From the NCBI GenBank assembly GCA_050084515.1, contig CM114271.1, positions 2,170,001 through 2,234,000 on the forward strand: DNA of 64,000 nt, in the 5' to 3' direction. Below, piece after piece: positions 49,691 to 62,000 of this stretch (its first letter is position 1; every line of letters begins with the position of its first letter). The translations under genes and the position numbers were made by a program. Below the pieces are notes generated by a model. It worked only from the letters and a program-made list of their open reading frames with translations. It ran no database searches and was not told where the DNA came from. The DNA comes from Blasia pusilla. Its lineage: Eukaryota.

Positions 49691-52600
49691 TTTCCTCGGA
49701 TGAAGAAGATAATATCTTAAAAAATACAAGGGAGAGAAATGGACGGGTTGAGATAAGAAAATACCGAAAAGAGAATGACGTGAGATGCTAAAAAAATGGC
49801 TCGGAATGTACTAGCGCGTGAATGATGGAAGTCTAGGGTTGGGCTCTCAAAGGGAATAGGTAGATATGGGCGTGTTTAGACAAGGTTTCTTGATCACCTC
49901 CACATCCTCGATGTGCTAAGGAGAACCAATGGAACAAGTAAAAAAAAACTCGGGTCTATGAATCGGAAATCTCAAAATCACCAAGCAAGTTTAGTGAAAT
50001 AAGATATTTCCACACTCACAAACATTCACCTAATGTGGAGTCGATTGGAGTTTATTTTAGATGCAACAAGGATCGCAAATATCCAAGTTGGTCCCAAATA
50101 AAATCCAAGTACTCCCAAAAGGCACCCAAGGGATTTCTCCAAAATTCCTAATAACCTTGAAAGCCCTTAGCTCTCAAGGCATCATAAAAATTTGGAGCCT
50201 AATCCAAAATATGACTAAAAAACTGGATAAATAGGGAAAATAAGGGTTAATTACCTAATCAACTCTTAAACACCCCCCCCATATGTACATTTTTGGGGCC
50301 CCTTGTGGGCCCTTCCCTTATGGGTTTTACCCCAAAGGGAAAAAAGGGGGAAGGGGAGGGGAGGGAATTGGGGCCAAGTTCAAACTTGGCCCCAGCCACT
50401 CCCAGGCATGCGGGCGGGGGCTCACGGCCCCACATGCGAGCAAGGGAGGGCTCGCGAGCCCAGGGGGCGGATGTCGCGCGCCACAAAGCCCCTGCGCGGG
50501 ATGTACAGCGGGCCCGTGGGGGGGCTCCAGGGGGTGGGGTGGGGTGGGAGTCCATGAGTGGGCCCGCCATAGCCCGCATGTGAGCTCGAGGGGGGGGGGG
50601 CTTGCAGGCAGGAGGGAGGCTCGCGGGCTCCATCGCGGGCCACAAAGCCCGTCGCGCGGGATGTACGCGGGCCCTAGAGCCCGCATGAGGGCGAGGCCTA
50701 AAGCGACGAATTAGAGGGTGCGACGCAACCCAATTTTTCCGCGACGCGGGTCAGACAGAAATATAGGGGCCGAGCATGATGCGCATTGGCCAGGAAAGGG
50801 CGGATTGCTCGATATGCATAGGCCTGGGTAAGGGCAACGCGGGCTCATGGAGCCCGCACCCGGGCCCGCACGGACATGTCCGTCCTCGGGACGGACATAT
50901 GTACGCGTGCAACCTTGCATGAGGGAGAGGTTTGACTCGTTCCTTACGGATTGCGCCCATCATTTCCAGTCGAGAAATGGATTGTCCTTAGCCACTGCGA
51001 TACTTGAATGTAGGCAACGGGTCTCCATAGCTTTGCAGCGTGCCCAGGAAAATGGGCTTTTGCGGCGGGCTCAGGCGGTTGGAGACGCCAATGCTAGAGG
51101 CCCACTTAGTAGTAGCCATAATTCTATTTGTGTTGCTGATATTGCCTCTGCTGTTGGTGATTTTGGTCGTTAGACAGGAGGCCCCCTTTTTTCTCTTCTC
51201 TGCGGGTTTATTGGCTCTCTATGGCCCCCTTCCTTTGTATCCCGATGGGTTTTCCATCTCGGTTTCTATTAAAGTGTATAATCGTCTCACTAGTAACTTT
51301 ATCCCCGCCACTTCGCTAACTCATCCCCATACCACTAACTCATCCCCGTACTTTGGGGGATAAAAGCCTAAAATCCTCTCTATCAAGCTGTGCCATTTAA
51401 AACCTTCTTTATTTACTGATTAAAAAACACCCCTAAAAGCTCTTCAATAATTCTCCCCGTAATAAAGTCGGCGAATGGGCCGAAGTCAAAATATGTATGA
51501 ATGTCAGGGCATCCGGTCTCTCTGGAGAATGGACTTAATGGACTTCGGGGAACTTGTCAGTGGAGTAATGCTCAGTAATCTACTTCCGATCCCGTTTAAT
51601 GAGCGCGGACAAAGATCCCGTAGATGACAGGTTCAACGCAAAGTCAACACAGGCGAGCAGTAAATAAAGAAGAGAGCTCCCGTGGGAACTGGGGGACTCA
51701 GGCCCTCAGGGAACTCAGGGAGTCAGGGATTCAAGGGAAGTGCCGGTTTCCCGAAAAGTGTCGCGCCACGTTATGGCGGTAGTCGCTGCTGCTCCCCTCC
51801 CCACCTCCTCGTCGCCAGACGTCCTCCCCACGAGCGCGAGGGTCCCGGGGAGGGGAAACCGAGAGAGAGAGAGAGCGAGCGAGCGAGCGCATGGCATGCG
51901 ATTGCTCGGTTCCGCGTCGGGTTCGGATTGGCTGCGAGCTCCCGCACGCACGCGCGCGCGCACAGTCGCTACGGGATTCTGCTTGCCAGCGACCAGAGCT
52001 GGCGAGCGACTTGAAGTCTCGACTCTTGAAGGTGAAGGATATTGAAGCCCTCCAACTCTTTCCGTTTTTTTTTTTTTTTCCCCAGCGAACGGCAACACAA
52101 TCAATGCTGCGCATGGGAGACGAGGATGGATGATGGATCGATCCGTTGGAACTCGCAAGAGCTGATAGGATAGGATCCGAGATTCGGAGGAGGATGGGCT
52201 AGCGGGCGTCAGATGATTTCGAAGTTGGCAGCAGCGGCGGCAACAGCAACAGACGACATTCGACCCGCAAGAGGAAAGGAAGAAGTGACCCACGCCTCTA
52301 GTTTTTCACGGGCGTGGCGATGGTGGGCGGAGTCGGTTCGCGGCGGATAGCTTCGTAATGAATGAATGAATCGTGCCATTGTAGAAGCCGTGATTTTCCA
52401 GCCATCGCCAGCTCCTGTGGGGCCAACCATCGGCTTTACCCGTTTCGAGCATCGCGTCTAATAAGAAAGAAAGAAAGCCCCCCAGTGATGATTCGGGGGT
52501 TTCCCCGCGTGCGCGACGCTCTTCCCATCCCGTCGCGCAACCGCAGACATCGGCGAATAGTTGGGTTCTTTTTTGGTTTTTTGTTGTTTCTAGTAGGGGC

Positions 52601-52917
52601 AATGAAGGAGCGTACGTCGCAGGGAGGGAGGTTGTACGAGAACTCGCGAAACTTTGATTGGGCTGTGTCGTGTTTGAACTTTGACAGCATACCTACCTCG
52701 GCAAACGACAATTCTAAGGCTGCCTGCCAGGCGCTGACATTTGAGACAGGATGCTACCGTTCCGAACGAGATTACATTCAAGACGATGGACATGTGGAGA
52801 CGGGTGATTCCGCCAATTTTCAACGAATCGTTGCGTGCTGTCACTCTTACATCGCTGTAGTTAAGACACACCACCGCCTACGGAAAAACGTACGAATCAG
52901 TAATCCTCCTTCTTCCG

Positions 52918-54929
52918 GAAGTGGAAGTGGACGTGGAGAACTCCTTCAACTCAATATCTCGGGTTATTATATTCACAGAGTTGAGGGACGCGGGTGGCCC
53001 CATGGCGAGTCTCACTCTTTTTGTGCAGGCTTTCTATGGGGCCCCTTCGGCTCTCTATTTCCACCATGGTCGATTCGAGGAGGAAGTCCCGGTCTTGGAG
53101 TCTGCTACTGAGACTCGTCAGGGTGACCCTCTGGGTGGCGCGTTGTTTGCTGTGGCTCATTACCGAGCGGTTCTTTCTACGGTGGAGGCTTTCCCGGGTT
53201 GCATGTTCCCTTCGCTGGCAGATGATACTCATATTGTTGGTCCTGGAGATCTGGTTGTCCCTGCATTCGAGCACTTTTCAGCACAGTTGGCACGTGTCGG
53301 CCTGGCGGTGAAGGTGGGGAAGTGCAAGGCTTGGTCTCCATCAGGCCTACGTGATGATCTACATTTACCCGACGGCTTCTTGCGACCTGTCGGAGGGCTT
53401 CGAGTCTTGGGAGTCCCGCTCGGGAGCCAGGACTTTGTATCGACTTTCGTGGCAGCGGCTCTTACCGAGGATCTTCTCCACGTTGATGATCTTACGAGGA
53501 TTGGTGACCCTCAAGTCGCCTTCGGCATTCTCTCTTCTTGTTTTGCTCGTAGACCTGGTTACCTCACTAGAACTGTCTGGACATCTAGTCACCTTTCTTC
53601 CCTATATAGATCCTTTGATAGGAAGCTCATGCAGGTGTTTGGGGATCTTCTAGGACCCGGCTCCTTAGAGTGCCCCATGGGGGAGTTAGCTCGTAGACAG
53701 GCCTCTTGGCCGATTTCTTTTGGTGGAGTAGGTCTTCTCTCGACCGAGTTAGTGGCGCCCTCCGCTTTTTTAGGGAGTTGGGCCACAGTGGCACCCCTCC
53801 TTTGCTCCCGATTTTTGGTTAGAGATAGACCGCTCCTTTTACACTACGTCTCCCAGGTCGAGGATGGCTCTTTCCCACATCCGTCTTCACTCACAGCTTG
53901 TAGAGATTCCCTTCGAGTTGAGGCCAGAGCCGTTCTCCCCACTTTCTCCTCCTTAGTTACCTCCGGTCAGTCTGGGCTCCAATCTTCCTTGATGGAAGCC
54001 CACTTTGAGGCAGTTTTTAGAGGCACTATGTCTGACGGGAATATCCCCATGGAGGTTAGGGCCCGTATTCGCTCTTGCTCCGGAAAGGGAGCAGGCTCAT
54101 GGGTAGGGGCGCGCCCCCTTCTCCAGGCTTTCCGTATCGCACCACTTACCTATACCACAGCGATGCGGTTCCGCTTGGGCCTCCCCCAACCATCGGTGGT
54201 TGGTTCGACACACTGCGAGTGTCGCCGGAGCCTGGATCCACTTGGTGTGCATTTGGCACGCTGTCCAGTTGGGGGTGAGAGGATAGCCACTCACGATGCA
54301 GTGCGGGATATTATGTTCAGTATTGCTCGGGAGAGTGGCTTCCATGTGCAGAGAGAGAGGCACTACTCCATGCGGGATTCCCTCATTCGTGCCGATCTCT
54401 ACATGACACGTGAGGCTGAGGTGGTTCTGGCGGACGTGGTAGTCACAGATCCTATGCGGGAGGCAGTGCGAGCCCAAGTGGTGGCCCAAGGGCCAATGCT
54501 ACAAGGAGCGGCGGCGGTGGCGGCGGCGAAGAAGACACATATCTCTGATCGACTACGACGGGACACATCTTCATCCCCCTGGCCATAGAGATGTATGGGG
54601 CTATGGGGGAGAGGTTCGACTCGTTCCTTACGGACTGCGCCCATCATCTCCACTCAAGAAATGGGTTGTCATTAGCTACTGCGATTCTGTATTGTAGGCA
54701 GCGGGTCTCCATAGCGTTACAGCGTGCCCAGGCTGTGGGAGATGCCGACGCTAGAGGCCCACTTAGTAGTAGTCATAGCTCTCTTGTTGTTGCTGATATT
54801 GTCTCTGCTGTTGGTGAGTTTAGGGTTAGGGGGGGAATGCCCCCTTCTTCCTTTTCTGGTCTTGTTGTGGCCTTCAGGTTTTGACTCTTTGAGTCCCCCT
54901 CGTTTTTATCGAAGTGCATCTTCTTTCTT
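52918..54929 (+). mobile_element. CRE-like RLE retrotransposon, copy C (5'-truncated, young)
   Basis: A 555-aa open frame starts at VDVENSFN in the RT and is very similar to copy A. Candidate 12-bp TSD ctcct(t/g)cttccg at 52906-52917 and 54930-54941. Confidence 0.9.
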
Positions 54930-56277
54930 CTCCTGCTTCCGAGTCCGAACTCCGGAGTCCTCACTGGGCCGCCTCCTTTCCATGTCTACGGCCATTCTTA
55001 GCGTTCTGATCGATTCCCTGTCTCTGACGTCTCCTACCGGGAGCAGTCCGCATTTTAGTGGAGAGCGATGTGTGGCAGCGATGAGCTCGTGCTTCAAGCT
55101 TCCAAGGAAAAATCGCGAAATGCGCGGGATTCAAACTCGAATGTTCCAGGCAACGGTCACACGCCTCAATCTGGATGCTGTTGCTGCTGCAGGGCACGGC
55201 CGACCTAGAAAGCAACCCCCCCCCTTTCACACAAAGTCTCCTGGTGGGATTCATGCATGTCAGGATCCGACCAATACTCCCCTCGTTGCGTACATAGATG
55301 AATTGCACGGCTGGATAATGCAAGTGAGAATTGAAAGGGGTGCGTGTCTAAGGGCGCTATCGCAGAAAGCAACAGTGAGAAGTACGAGCGGAACCACAGC
55401 TCAATAATTCACAACAGAAGTGACCGCAAGAAAGCAAGAACTCCTCCAGACAACAGGAGGACGAGGACGAAGAGGAGGGACGACAGAAAACAAATCCATG
55501 CACAGAGAAAGAGCGGCGACATCACCAGAGCTTCCAATACGACGACGTGAGATAAAATGAAATTGGGCGAATGAGTTAGATTAAGCTTCACGGTCAAAAT
55601 ATGGCCAAGCGATTGAATTTTTACATCAAAGTAGTTCTATCTATATAACCCCGGCGGATATATTCGAGCATTGAGGTTTCTCTCACCCGACTACTAATGG
55701 TGAGTTGAAGGTGCCTGGAGGATCCATGGACGAACAGGATCGTACGCCAGACGTTTATGCAAAAACTGCAAATTCTGTTCATCTAATTAATTTCGATTGA
55801 GAAGAGGAGAGAGATGCACGAGCTCACTGCATGCCCCTCGTTATGGAAGAATTAATTTACAAGAAACTGCTGTTCAACAAAGACCTTTCCCTTATCTTGT
55901 ACGGCCGGTCGGTCGGTCGGTGGGTCAGAAGGCCACTCGAGGAATCCCCCGTCGAGAAGGTTTCGATCCCTGTTCAATTGCCAGAGTTTCATCGGAGCGT
56001 AGATTGCCCCTCCTTTCCAGCTCAACTGATTCAGGATTATACAGAAGACCCTGGGATCAAAAAGCCCCAGGATCAAGGTTTGGACTCACTTGAGGAATCG
56101 TTCGTTCTTGGGTGATTATCCAGGCAGGCTGTGCTTGCAGTTTGCAGTGCCAGGATCCATCCGGTGCGAGTGCAACTCCATGGTACAATTCGTCGCCGGT
56201 CGGTCGGTCGGTCATTAATCAAATGGAGGCTTCAACTAAATCTTATATCATCGGTGGCGTCATTTTCGACGCTGTAG

Positions 56278-58629
56278 CTATTGCCATTGCAGCTTGTTGG
56301 GGTCCTCCAGCGATCTAAACGTGCGAAGCGTGTAATCTCGTAAGTGTGTGTCGTGCACTTCACAGAAGCGGGATTCCCAATCTTCTGGCTTCACCGCCTC
56401 CGTGCCCAAACCCGGAGTTCTGTCTTTCGATCCCGAGTTTTCCTGCTTCTTCCAATCTGTGGTGTAAGTTCCTGCTCTCCTCACGAACTTCAGCTTGAAG
56501 ACGTCCCAAGACTGCATTGCATGCGCACACAACACACGCAAACATCTTAAAAACTCGTCTCATGATCCTGTCATCGTACAGCTTAATTCACTACACCGAA
56601 TCGAAAGTTCCAAAATCCTGTCATCGTACAGCTTAGCTCACTTCACCGAATCGAAATTTCACTCCATCGCGACCCTCGGCCGACAATTCAGAGTTTTTGA
56701 GATTGAAGGGAAGGTGACAGATAGTGGAAGGAAACATGGAATCCGAGCGAAAGCCTCGACGTCGAAGAAAACAGTGCGGTTTAAGATGGAGTGAAAATCC
56801 TCGAGATCTGCGAATAAGATCCTCGGCTTCACAGACGCATGGCTTGAGCCAATCCCATACGTGACCTCAAGTTGAACCATGAGGAAGGGAAGGGAAGGCA
56901 GTGCCGCTACGAGGAGAACAGGAGCCTCACCTGAAACTTGTAGTGATTGACGACGGCGACGTTGCGGAGGAGTTTGACACTGCGGTAGCTGGAGCGCAGC
57001 TCGAAGTGATGAAGAACGTTGAGCAGACTGGTGTTCACCGCCTCGAGAAACACGATGGACTTGTGTCTCTCGGGGTTTTTCAGTCGGCAAGTGTACCCCA
57101 CTGTCACCCCTTGTTCGGGGGAGTGATCCAAGCCAGACGGGCCAAAGTTGTTGCAGTCGAATTGAATTTCTCCGAGCGCTGCTCCGCTTTTCCTCAGCAT
57201 CTTGTTGCTCTCATTGTCTATAATCCTATGGAGAACCTGCGCATCCTTCACTGTGGACGTGTTGTCTTTACTGAGATAATAAGGAGCGTAAATATATTCG
57301 TCGACGTCCGAAAACATCACCCATTCGCACTCCTCCCTCGCGAGAATGGTGCAATGCGAGAAAGCCGCCTGCTGCGTCTTAATCCATGGCCACGCCATGC
57401 GACTGACATTGTGTGCAGCCAGAGAATCGATCACCTCTTCGGTGTTGTCATCACTGTCGTTATCATACACGAAGTACCTCTCCACTCCGAAAAAGCTATG
57501 GTACGTGACCCACTCCTTGATGAATTGGGCCTTGTTCCAGACCATCGTGCAAGCGCACAGCTTGCGCTTCGGTACGAAAGACTTGATGGCGCGCGCAGAC
57601 GGCTCGCTGGCTTCATCGGCGTCGAGCTCGGTCTGCGCAGCGCCGTCGGTGTCGAAATTTCCAGGTTCCGACGCAACATCTCCATCGCCTTTCCAATTGG
57701 AGCTCTCGTCGTCCGAGTCCGAGTCCGAGTCCGAGTCCGCAGCGGAGACGATATTAGGCGTCCCCCCCCCCATCGTGAAATACTTGAGGAACCTGTCGGG
57801 ATTGTTGTCGGGATTGTAGTAAGTCACGGATGGAAGCACTCCCAGCCAATCGGCGTAAACGCTCACTCTGAATCCCCTCAGCTTGTCCTGCAGGTGCGGA
57901 GGCGGTTTCTCGCAGCGGACGATTTCTTGGGCCGCCGTGAGCACTCGCGTCTCCACGAGGTTTTTGGCGGAGAGCGTTCTTCCGAAAACGCATTTGAGAG
58001 AAGTGACGTCGATTCGCTTGGAGCTTTTGGTGACCAGACCTTTCACTAGGAGAACCAGACTGTCCGTGTCCAGCAGGTTCTCGTATACTACGAAGTCCCA
58101 GGTTGGTAATCTGGCAGGATCATACACCGCGTTGGATTGGAACCTCACATCACTGCCTCGAATTCCGAGAGTGACGTTCTGGTGAGACTTAGAGGGGAAA
58201 TCTTTGAGCCAGTCGGGAAGGCTGCATCTCACCATCTGCACATCTCTCGTTCGCGACTTAATGTTGATCACCGGGGTCGTGCTCCGGTTCTTCATGCCTC
58301 CGAACCTGCACTCCAGGATGTCCATGTTACCCTGGAGATCCACGGAATTGGAAAACACCTTCACGACCAACAGAATATTGTCCGGGAAAACCACAGCGTC
58401 TTGAACGTAAAACGACCGCTGAGTGTCCGGCGTCGCCATGCTCCATCCCAAATCGCTCTCGGATGCTATCGCAGGCAAACTCGATAGTTGATGAAGGCTC
58501 ACCGACACTGTCGAATTCGCCCGCGGCCCTGCAGAATTCCACCGATCTCAATCAATCCACTTCCTCGAGTAAACCCTTCCTGCAATCTCCGCAGACACGA
58601 GCTTTTCCCGACATACAACAAAGGGAACG

Positions 58630-58697
<68 letters not shown>

Positions 58698-59044
58698 GTG
58701 GAGCACCGGCTCTGCAATTGTGTCTCTTCTAACTGGCAACCTCACTCCTTTACGATCCTTGGGAGGGGTGGGGAGAGGGGGGAAGAAATCTTCATCAAGT
58801 TCGGTGAGGGCGAGATCGACAATGCGAGAGGAATCGACGGATCCAGACGTGGGAACGTCGATGACGGCTTACCTTCCAGCCACTGACCCCATACCAACGT
58901 GGTGACGGTGCAAAGGCAAGCGAGGACCAAACAAGTAGTCCATGTTCTCCAGAGGCTGATCGACGGTGCGCTGGGAGCGTCGACTCCTGCGAGCAAGAGA
59001 GATTTCTCCTTGAGCGGACTCTTTCTTCTCTCGACGATCTCCAT
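56278..59044 (-). CDS. DUF23 / glycosyltransferase family 92 protein, type II membrane (exons 59044-58873, 58528-56931, 56511-56278; ~667 aa)
   Basis: N-terminal TM (TCLVLACLCTVTTLVW). The phase-compatible junctions G|GTAAG...CAG|GG and CAG|GTGAG...CAG|TCT give an open frame. Motifs: LCACTMVWN..EWVTYH..GVERYFVYDNDS, WPWIKTQ, FSDVDEY, PERHKSIV, NHYKFQ|SWDVFKLKF, DRTPGLG. An upstream in-frame ATG at 59164 is possible. Confidence 0.9.
58634..58690. repeat. (CT)n microsatellite in GT92 intron 1
   Basis: Pure CT run of about 57 bp. Confidence 0.97.
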
Positions 59045-62000
59045 GTTGCCGGAAGAAATGAGTGGATCCTTCCAATTGCTACTCCACTCCGTGATGAATT
59101 TCAGTGATTCGCCATCGCCAGTAGCCACCGATTTCAGGCTCTCACCCCCGATTACGTGAAACATCTATTAAGCTGTGTACTATCGCTGAACTCGAAGGGC
59201 AGGAACTCGCTCGTCCTTAAATCTCTACTCTGCGTGGCTCCCGTGGACTTTCAGTACGCGCCTGTGGATCCTCCGGCGTTGAGGTTCCCCGCGAGTTTCC
59301 CGCAGATGCGCAAGGGATCGCCCAACACGCGACTGCAACAGTTCGGTGATGAATGTGGTCCGACGAGACTGGGGGAACAACACCATAGCTAACGCTCCAT
59401 CGGCATGCCGATGGACACGCACGTTGGCCCCTTGAGCTCCCCTCACGCTGTAGCCCCAGGCGCTGCGATCACGATTTCAATGTGCCACAATCATCCCCTC
59501 CTCGCACACTGCGATGATATTGCAGATGTTCTGCATTTCAAGACATCCCAACATCTTTCTCGCCCTCCCCCACTCCGCACTCCTCCTCACGTCCACATGC
59601 GCCGCGGGTGTGGCAGCATTTCAGGTCCTACTTCTCCTCCTCCTTGACATTCCTCCTAGCAGATCCACAGGCACGAATATGTGTGCTGTACACCGACTGC
59701 CCTGCGCGAGACGAGCGAGCGAAATATATTCTCCTCGACTCCTTAATAAATTCTCCATCGCCACGTCTTCTTCCGCAGCTTACTCCCTTTTTTCTCTCTC
59801 CCTCCCTCCCTCTCTCGCTCCCTCCTCTCCTCCGCCTCTCATGTTCTCGTTTAGCGCTTTGCGCCGAGTTTGCAGACAGGATCCGCCCTGGACGGCGCAC
59901 CGTCCACCCGTCGCTCCCGATCGCGACGCCGTTGCTATTTTCGGCCGCGACCTCCCCTGACTGCGGACTCCCGCCGTCATTGTATATTTGCTCTTTGACT
60001 TCCTTCACTCACAGTGACTCACTCGCTCGCTCACTCACAGTGACTCACCTGATTAGTCACTCGGTTCTTGAGTCAAATCTGACGCGTGTTACTGGATCCT
60101 TCGCCTCCCTCGGATCAACGACGGATCGAAACGATCGGAACGACTCGCTTTCGCGATCGCACTGTCGCATCATTTCTTTCCGTCTTTCGCCTCGTCTTGA
60201 ACTCCCGTTCAGATGAAAAAAGAAAGTTTTGGGTTGTGGCGAAAGATCCGGCACTACATCGTGAGAGGTTACACCTTCAGTTACGGGAATCCATCATAGT
60301 GCACTATAGGGGGTCTCAATAACACCCTCCGTCGTGGGACCTACAGGGTTATTGAGTCTAATTGGGTACCTGTTTTGGATTCGGGTTGTAAGGAGGGATC
60401 ATAGATTTATTTTCCACCGGGTAATTAAAACTATATATAAATTAATATCATAAGAACAAGAGAAGGAAGATCTAGAGGGAAAATTGAGACGCCCTTCATT
60501 GGACCATAGGGCGTGTCAAAATGGTTTTGGAAGTCGCGCGGGGAGATTACGGGTGTCAAACATCTCCCGTATTTGCTTCGGGACGGAAAACCACGCTCCT
60601 CTCAAGTCTTGCTTCGAACCGTTCGAACTGAAAGAAATATGGAAACAAAACATCTGCCATTCCATGGCTCTCATAACACACCCTCTAAAGGGCGTGTCAA
60701 ATATTGCCTCCGGGAAATATTTGACACTCCCTCTACTAAAGATTTCCTTCCCTTTCCAACCATACAACGAGATTTTTTTTCTAAAGCCTCCCTAATTAAA
60801 ATGAAACCCTAGCCAAGCATAATTATAAGGTGTTCATAATCATAACCCATAGGCTAGCAAAAACCCCTTTGACAAGAAACACATCACTATAGACGTGTGA
60901 GCATTTCAAGTGAAAGCTTTTGACGAACCTTGGTCTTTAAGGCACTACTAACCTACCCCATAAGATTTCAAGGTATTAAAATTTGGGATTATCATCATAA
61001 CCATAGATGAAATATATTACAAAGAAACGTCGTATTACATTACTTTCTGGTTGGGCATTAGAAAGAATAAGGCACACAGAGAGGTAGTGCAAAAGGCATC
61101 GCTTATCCCCACACTCGTCTTTTGTTTTGACCATGGAAATAAGACACCTATGGAATACTCAAACACCATTTTTTTTTTCTCTCCTTGGCTTGTGTGTACC
61201 ATTCGATTCTTGCAAATTTGGTAAAGTAAGGTCCTATGGGTTATGTTGAGAATACGTCACTTCATTCATCCATTTACTATTTCCTTCTTCCCCTTCTATC
61301 CTGATTTTTCAATGGCATCCTTCTTTCTTAGTGCACCTACTAGGAAAGATTGAGCATCCACGGATTTATTAAATACTGCAAGATCTTCTATATGGAAAAT
61401 CTTGAAGGAAAATAGAAAAATGGGAGCACCTTGTTGTTTGTGCCCTACAACATTAACAATGCCTATGCATGCATGGCTTCCAAATGTTGCATTTAGCCCA
61501 TCTACAAACCAAACTTACTTCATCTCAGCTTATCACCAACAAATTTATTTTTTTCCAAGTAGTCCCCAAGAAACAATATCTATGTGGGTGTTTTTTCTTG
61601 GTGTAAAATCATCCATAGATATTGAGAATATCCACTCCCACAAAAAGAAACAAAATTGGAATACATGTGGGATGGGAGATTTTGTTTGAGTGGATTTTGT
61701 AATACTTTATGGGTTTTGTCCCACGTGTCCACTCAAAAAATATTCGATTGGAACATCTATGCAACAACCCCATTACAAAACCCTACTTCTATGGGCAATC
61801 TTAAGGGGGTGCTCTATGACCACTTAATTATCTTCTTCCCCCCTCCTCCTCCTCCTCCTCCTCCTCTACTTCTTCTTCTTCGTTGTTGTATTGGATTCGT
61901 TGTTGTATTGGAGGAAAAGGTTTAGGGTTTGTGGGTATCCCCATACCTTTTCCAAGAGTTATATGGCTATGGGCTCATATAAATCTTGAAAAGTGGCGTC

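Larger units (their letters stand above)
31543..50917 (+). mobile_element. Large cargo-carrying hAT DNA transposon (19,375 bp; ~13.1 kb excluding the nested Gypsy)
   Basis: TIRs caaggttgca... / ...tgcaaccttg: 10 bp perfect, ~48 bp imperfect with gtccgtcc..gga(c)..gacatgtcc. Exact 8-bp TSD catgaggg at 31535-31542 and 50918-50925. Contains a hAT transposase. Confidence 0.93.
28041..51288 (+). mobile_element. CRE-like RLE retrotransposon, copy B, split by the hAT insertion (segments 28041-31542 and 50926-51288)
   Basis: Same domains as copy A but more degenerate (ORF ~28728-51173). The reading ...AIEIYEAM|RERFDSFL... resumes exactly after the hAT. 10-bp TSD actagtaact at 28031-28040 and 51289-51298. 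Confidence 0.9.

Noticed and set aside
50259-50920. Several Pro/Ala/Gly/Arg-rich ORFs (also at 31504-32363)
   Set aside because: They are artefacts of the GC-rich hAT subterminal repeats.
51540-52900. GC-rich, GA-repeat, promoter/5'UTR-like island that might hold a gene or miRNA
   Set aside because: No supported ORF or splice pattern, and no conserved plant miRNA recognised by eye.
52362-53111. 249-aa ORF running into CRE copy C, as a possible host-TE fusion
   Set aside because: It enters the CRE out of the RT frame and has no recognisable domain.
56901-58049. 382-aa plus-strand ORF
   Set aside because: It is the antisense shadow of the GC-rich GT92 exon 2 and has no motifs.
60300-60355. 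~28-bp motif resembling the reverse complement of ~5241-5269
   Set aside because: Too short, with no TSD, to define a 55-kb element; likely a dispersed repeat fragment.
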